A stretch of 64,000 bases of DNA, taken from contig CDRNVI010000029.1 in the NCBI GenBank assembly GCA_977017575.1, positions 496,001-560,000 on the forward strand. Direction: 5' to 3'. This DNA comes from Paramoeba atlantica (Eukaryota; Protista; Discosea). Both the position numbers and the translations under genes were made by a program. Of the stretch, positions 60,754-64,000 are shown piece after piece (position 1 is the first letter of the stretch; each line of letters starts with the position of its first letter). Under the pieces are notes generated by a model. It was not told where the DNA came from. It did not search any database and saw only the letters and a program-made list of their open reading frames with translations.

Positions 60754-61668
60754 AACCCCCCACAGCGAATAAGTTACCCCCCTCTTTTTTTGTACAACGA
60801 GGCTTAGGGGGGTTGCGGCACCACTTTTTCGTTCAAAATTTTGAGATCTGCACGTTCCCGCTGTTTTTAGACCTCTTTAGAGATAAAAAATCAAAACTCA
60901 TTTTTTTAATGACGTTTTTACATAGTCATGCCAATATTACCCGAAAAATCTCGTGTTCCTCGACCAGGGGGGGAGAAGGGGGTCAACATGAAAATGGTGT
61001 CACAGATCTTCGCTAGGGGAACGAGATCTCTCGATTGCAACAAAAATGATGAAAAACAGATAACAAACATTCAATTTGTCACGTGGTGGAATATTTGTCT
61101 TTGATTGGTTCTTTCTTGAAACGGTGATAAATCAAGTTTTTTAAGCTGTCCCCTTTACTTTTTGCTTGAAGGGGCCTAAGGACGTTGAGATATCATTTTC
61201 TCGTTCAAAATTCTGATATCTACACGTTCCCACCATTTTTAGATCATTTTAGAAACTGAAAAAGAAAATTATTTTTAGGTTCTATTTTTTTGCATCGTCA
61301 TACCACACTAATTTAAGAAAACAAACACTCCGCGGCCATGGGGCACAATATTAAAAAATGGCGGCAAAGATCTTTGCTAGGAGAACGAGGTCTCTCGTTT
61401 GCAACAAAAATCAGCAAAAACGGACAAAAATAATTGAATTTCTCATGGGAGGAGAAGATTTATTTTGTTAAAGTGTGAGAAATTGGTCTCTTGAAAAATG
61501 TGAAGAAAGTGATAATACATCCATCGGATGCACGCATTTGAGAGTCTTGGTTCCATGTTATAACGCGCAAAGTCTTTGTGTTGGGAACAGCAAAATGCAA
61601 CAGAAATGAGCTCAAACGGACGATTGGCTGAAAAGTTAGAGGGGGGTGACTTTTCGCTGTGGGGGGTT
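60754..61668. mobile_element. MITE family B, 915 bp, 31-32-bp TIRs, TA flanks, ~370-bp internal duplication
   Basis: AACCCCCCACAGCGAATAAGTTACCCCCCTCT (60754-60785) versus AGAGGGGGGTGACTTTTCGCTGTGGGGGGTT (61638-61668), with TA on both sides. Internal markers repeat at offsets 372 and 364. Confidence 0.88.
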
Positions 61669-61895
61669 TAATATATAAATTCTATATAAATTCTTAGTTA
61701 CAACTAGTTGTGGGGGGAGTAATTTAGTGAGTTTGCATTAAAGTTAGCAGTTTATTCACTTTCATGCACTTTTTAGCATTCACCTGCATAGTTTTTGTCT
61801 ACATGTACATGGAAATTTGTGCGGTAACCACGCAGATATTGTAATCCGTGAATTCAAAATTTAAACTAAGCTACGCCGAATGAAGAGTAAATTCC

Positions 61896-62972
61896 ATGGA
61901 GGTACGAATAGATGAAACACTACCTGTTTCCTTTTTTGAGATTTTAAAAGCTGCGTTTCGTTCCGCTCCTGAAAGTTCTCAACCTCCGGTCGACTGCGCC
62001 TTCACGACCGAACATTCAGAAAATAAGTCTTCGAAGCATCAAAACAGAAAGAAGTGCACCGAAGAGGTCATCGTTTCCCGTTGTTTTCTTCCAGTAACTC
62101 ATTCAATCTGTTGGCCATTGGATACTGGAGTCACGGCGTATATCATTGACGAGTCTCTCTTATTTAGTTCAAAATCGGGGACGAAATTGACCGCGAGCCG
62201 CACATTTGATCCTGCAGGATTTTTTAAAGCATCCTTCGACCCTCTCTATCCTTTTCGATACTGTATTCTTGTACGGAGCTCGTCACGTCCACCGTCTTCT
62301 GCACTTTTAGGTACATGCTTCAACACGGAATCCGTAAATGTGGGAAAGTCCACTAAAATAAAGCCATCTTTCATTTACACCGAAGTGCTTTCTTCCTTGT
62401 TAGAAAATGTTTTATCTATACACGAGAGTTCTCAGGACGATATGAATCATCGAGCACAGTTTGCAGCATCTCCCTTTTGTTTGCTATGTGCTTCGAACGA
62501 GGCTAGCGTAGTCAATCACATTGTTTCAATAACGCATTATCTGCAACGTCTTAAGACAAAGCCACACACTTCATATTATGGAAAACGACGCAAACAACGA
62601 AAGACAGCACAAGTAGAGGTAGACGATATCGTTCCGGGAAACGCGGATTCACTGATTGACACCAACGCAGAAGTTACAGAAAGCGTATTCATTCCTCAAA
62701 TTCATCCCACGGGAAGGATTCGCACGAGTGACTGTGAAGTATACCATCGAATGTTATGCGAAATTCCGCAAATAAACGAAAAGCGCGCCCAAGCGATTCG
62801 GCGAGTCTATCCTTCTTTAGTAAGTCTTCTAAATGCGTACGAATATTGCGTTACGGAAACAGGACGTCGAACGATGTTGCAGAATCTGTTGCAGTCACAC
62901 GATGGATCCGTCCTGGGTGGTTCTATATCAGAAGAGGTCTACCGCGCTATGTGCCTAGGGTATAAAAATTAA
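61896..62972 (+). CDS. EME1: EME1/MMS4-like subunit of the MUS81 nuclease
   Basis: C-terminal HhH2 MLCEIPQINEKRAQAIRRVYPSLVSLLNAY...LGGSISEEVY. Confidence 0.7.
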   Translation: MEVRIDETLPVSFFEILKAAFRSAPESSQPPVDCAFTTEHSENKSSKHQNRKKCTEEVIVSRCFLPVTHSICWPLDTGVTAYIIDESLLFSSKSGTKLTASRTFDPAGFFKASFDPLYPFRYCILVRSSSRPPSSALLGTCFNTESVNVGKSTKIKPSFIYTEVLSSLLENVLSIHESSQDDMNHRAQFAASPFCLLCASNEASVVNHIVSITHYLQRLKTKPHTSYYGKRRKQRKTAQVEVDDIVPGNADSLIDTNAEVTESVFIPQIHPTGRIRTSDCEVYHRMLCEIPQINEKRAQAIRRVYPSLVSLLNAYEYCVTETGRRTMLQNLLQSHDGSVLGGSISEEVYRAMCLGYKN

Positions 62973-63274
62973 AATGGTATCATCCATGGAGGAAAATAGA
63001 CAGCAACATGTTTAATTAATTGCATGTTATTAATTCCGTTGCTTGTTTATCAAAAGCATGTTACCAATTGTTAATTATTATTAAATGCAGCTTAATTACT
63101 ATTCCACTAATCATATGCCGCAATATTTCACTACAGTAATTGCGGGGCGGGCGATAATCTCAAGGCATCTTGTAAATTTTATTCAAAAGGGTCCATCTAT
63201 TTCTACATCTGTTCTGTGGTTTCCTTGACACCGGCACTCTTATTTAGGAAGTACCTCATATGTGTAAGTCGAAT

Positions 63275-64000
63275 ATGGAGATTGACTTTCTTAGGCGAAA
63301 ACCGACAATCATACGAAATCTTTCAGAAGATTTTGAACACGCAGCCTTCGTTTCCATTATCTGTCGAGGAGAGCGGAACAAATCCGAAGTGCACGTCAAA
63401 CACGATTGCTCTCCTAAAGGAAGCGTTGACAATCGGTGCTGGCCAATTCTCAGAGTCTTAAACCTCACTCCATGTAAAAATTGTCCAATGGGTGATTACG
63501 TTACTACGAGTAGTTGTAGCGGGCGAATCGCTCTGTGGCGCGGTGTAGAAAAAGGTAAGGGCACATGGTTATTTACATCTCATGACTCGGTACCTTTGGA
63601 TAAAATAAGTCCTACGATTGCCAACGTCGACTCCAGAGATGAACATAACCTGGACAATGAACAGGTCTCCCCACCTGTAGGCTCACTTTGGAATATTCTG
63701 CAGGAAGGAACACAACAGGATCGTACCACGAACGTAGCGTGGACTTTTTTGAAGTTTGAGCCCTTTGTGGCGCACGTTCAATGTCGCACAATAGAAGCAG
63801 GGAAACTACTTCTCAGCAGTGCTTTGCAATGTGGATACAGACACAGTGGGCTACTTCTAGGGAAAAAACGTATTATTTGCACTATTCGTCAATCTACATC
63901 GATCGATACCCCGCTGGCTAAAGGACACAATATTTTCATCTCAAAAATTGGGTTAATCAATATTGTTGAAATGCTTAACTTCAGGCTAGAGGACAATCAC
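63275..64000 (+). CDS. TYW3: tRNA wybutosine methyltransferase TYW3 (partial, runs off the window)
   Basis: Translated by hand; not in the ORF track. MEIDFLRRK...DCSPKGSVD...YVTTSSCSGRI...KFEPFVAHVQCR...CGYRHSG, with no stop up to 64000. Alternative ATG at 63260. Confidence 0.93.
   Translation, partial: MEIDFLRRKPTIIRNLSEDFEHAAFVSIICRGERNKSEVHVKHDCSPKGSVDNRCWPILRVLNLTPCKNCPMGDYVTTSSCSGRIALWRGVEKGKGTWLFTSHDSVPLDKISPTIANVDSRDEHNLDNEQVSPPVGSLWNILQEGTQQDRTTNVAWTFLKFEPFVAHVQCRTIEAGKLLLSSALQCGYRHSGLLLGKKRIICTIRQSTSIDTPLAKGHNIFISKIGLINIVEMLNFRLEDNH

Overview
Gene-dense, intronless eukaryotic DNA. All 36 protein genes I can support lie on the + strand, use the standard code, and often have a pyrimidine tract plus AG just upstream. 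This is the layout of a kinetoplastid directional (polycistronic, trans-spliced) gene cluster. The LRR family type and many mitochondrial genes suggest a Perkinsela-like prokinetoplastid (inference). Recognisable genes: HSP20, PUS10, mitochondrial MDH, CPSF160, CDC40-like, mL54, NFU1, CHCHD2, DIS3/RRP44, FtsH, PUM3/Puf6, LCLAT1, poly(A) polymerase, CLPTM1, two ER cyclophilins, MAM33, eRF3, a CMP-kinase-like protein, USE1, EME1 and a partial TYW3 missing from the ORF track. The most striking feature is a 568-bp insert (25268-25835) that cleanly splits an LRR gene. It starts with the 3' part of a kinetoplastid spliced-leader (SL) exon plus its GT donor and ends with what looks like the missing 5' part of that exon, i.e. 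a circularly permuted SL RNA gene repeat unit. The opening point is near exon nt 11, where CRE/SLACS/CZAR retroelements insert, and the insert carries a near-perfect T-shaped palindrome. The intergenic DNA also holds a decayed Tc1-type DNA transposon and at least two, possibly three, MITE-like families, unexpected because trypanosomatids lack class II elements. C-rich to G-rich compositional switches recur inside coding sequences.
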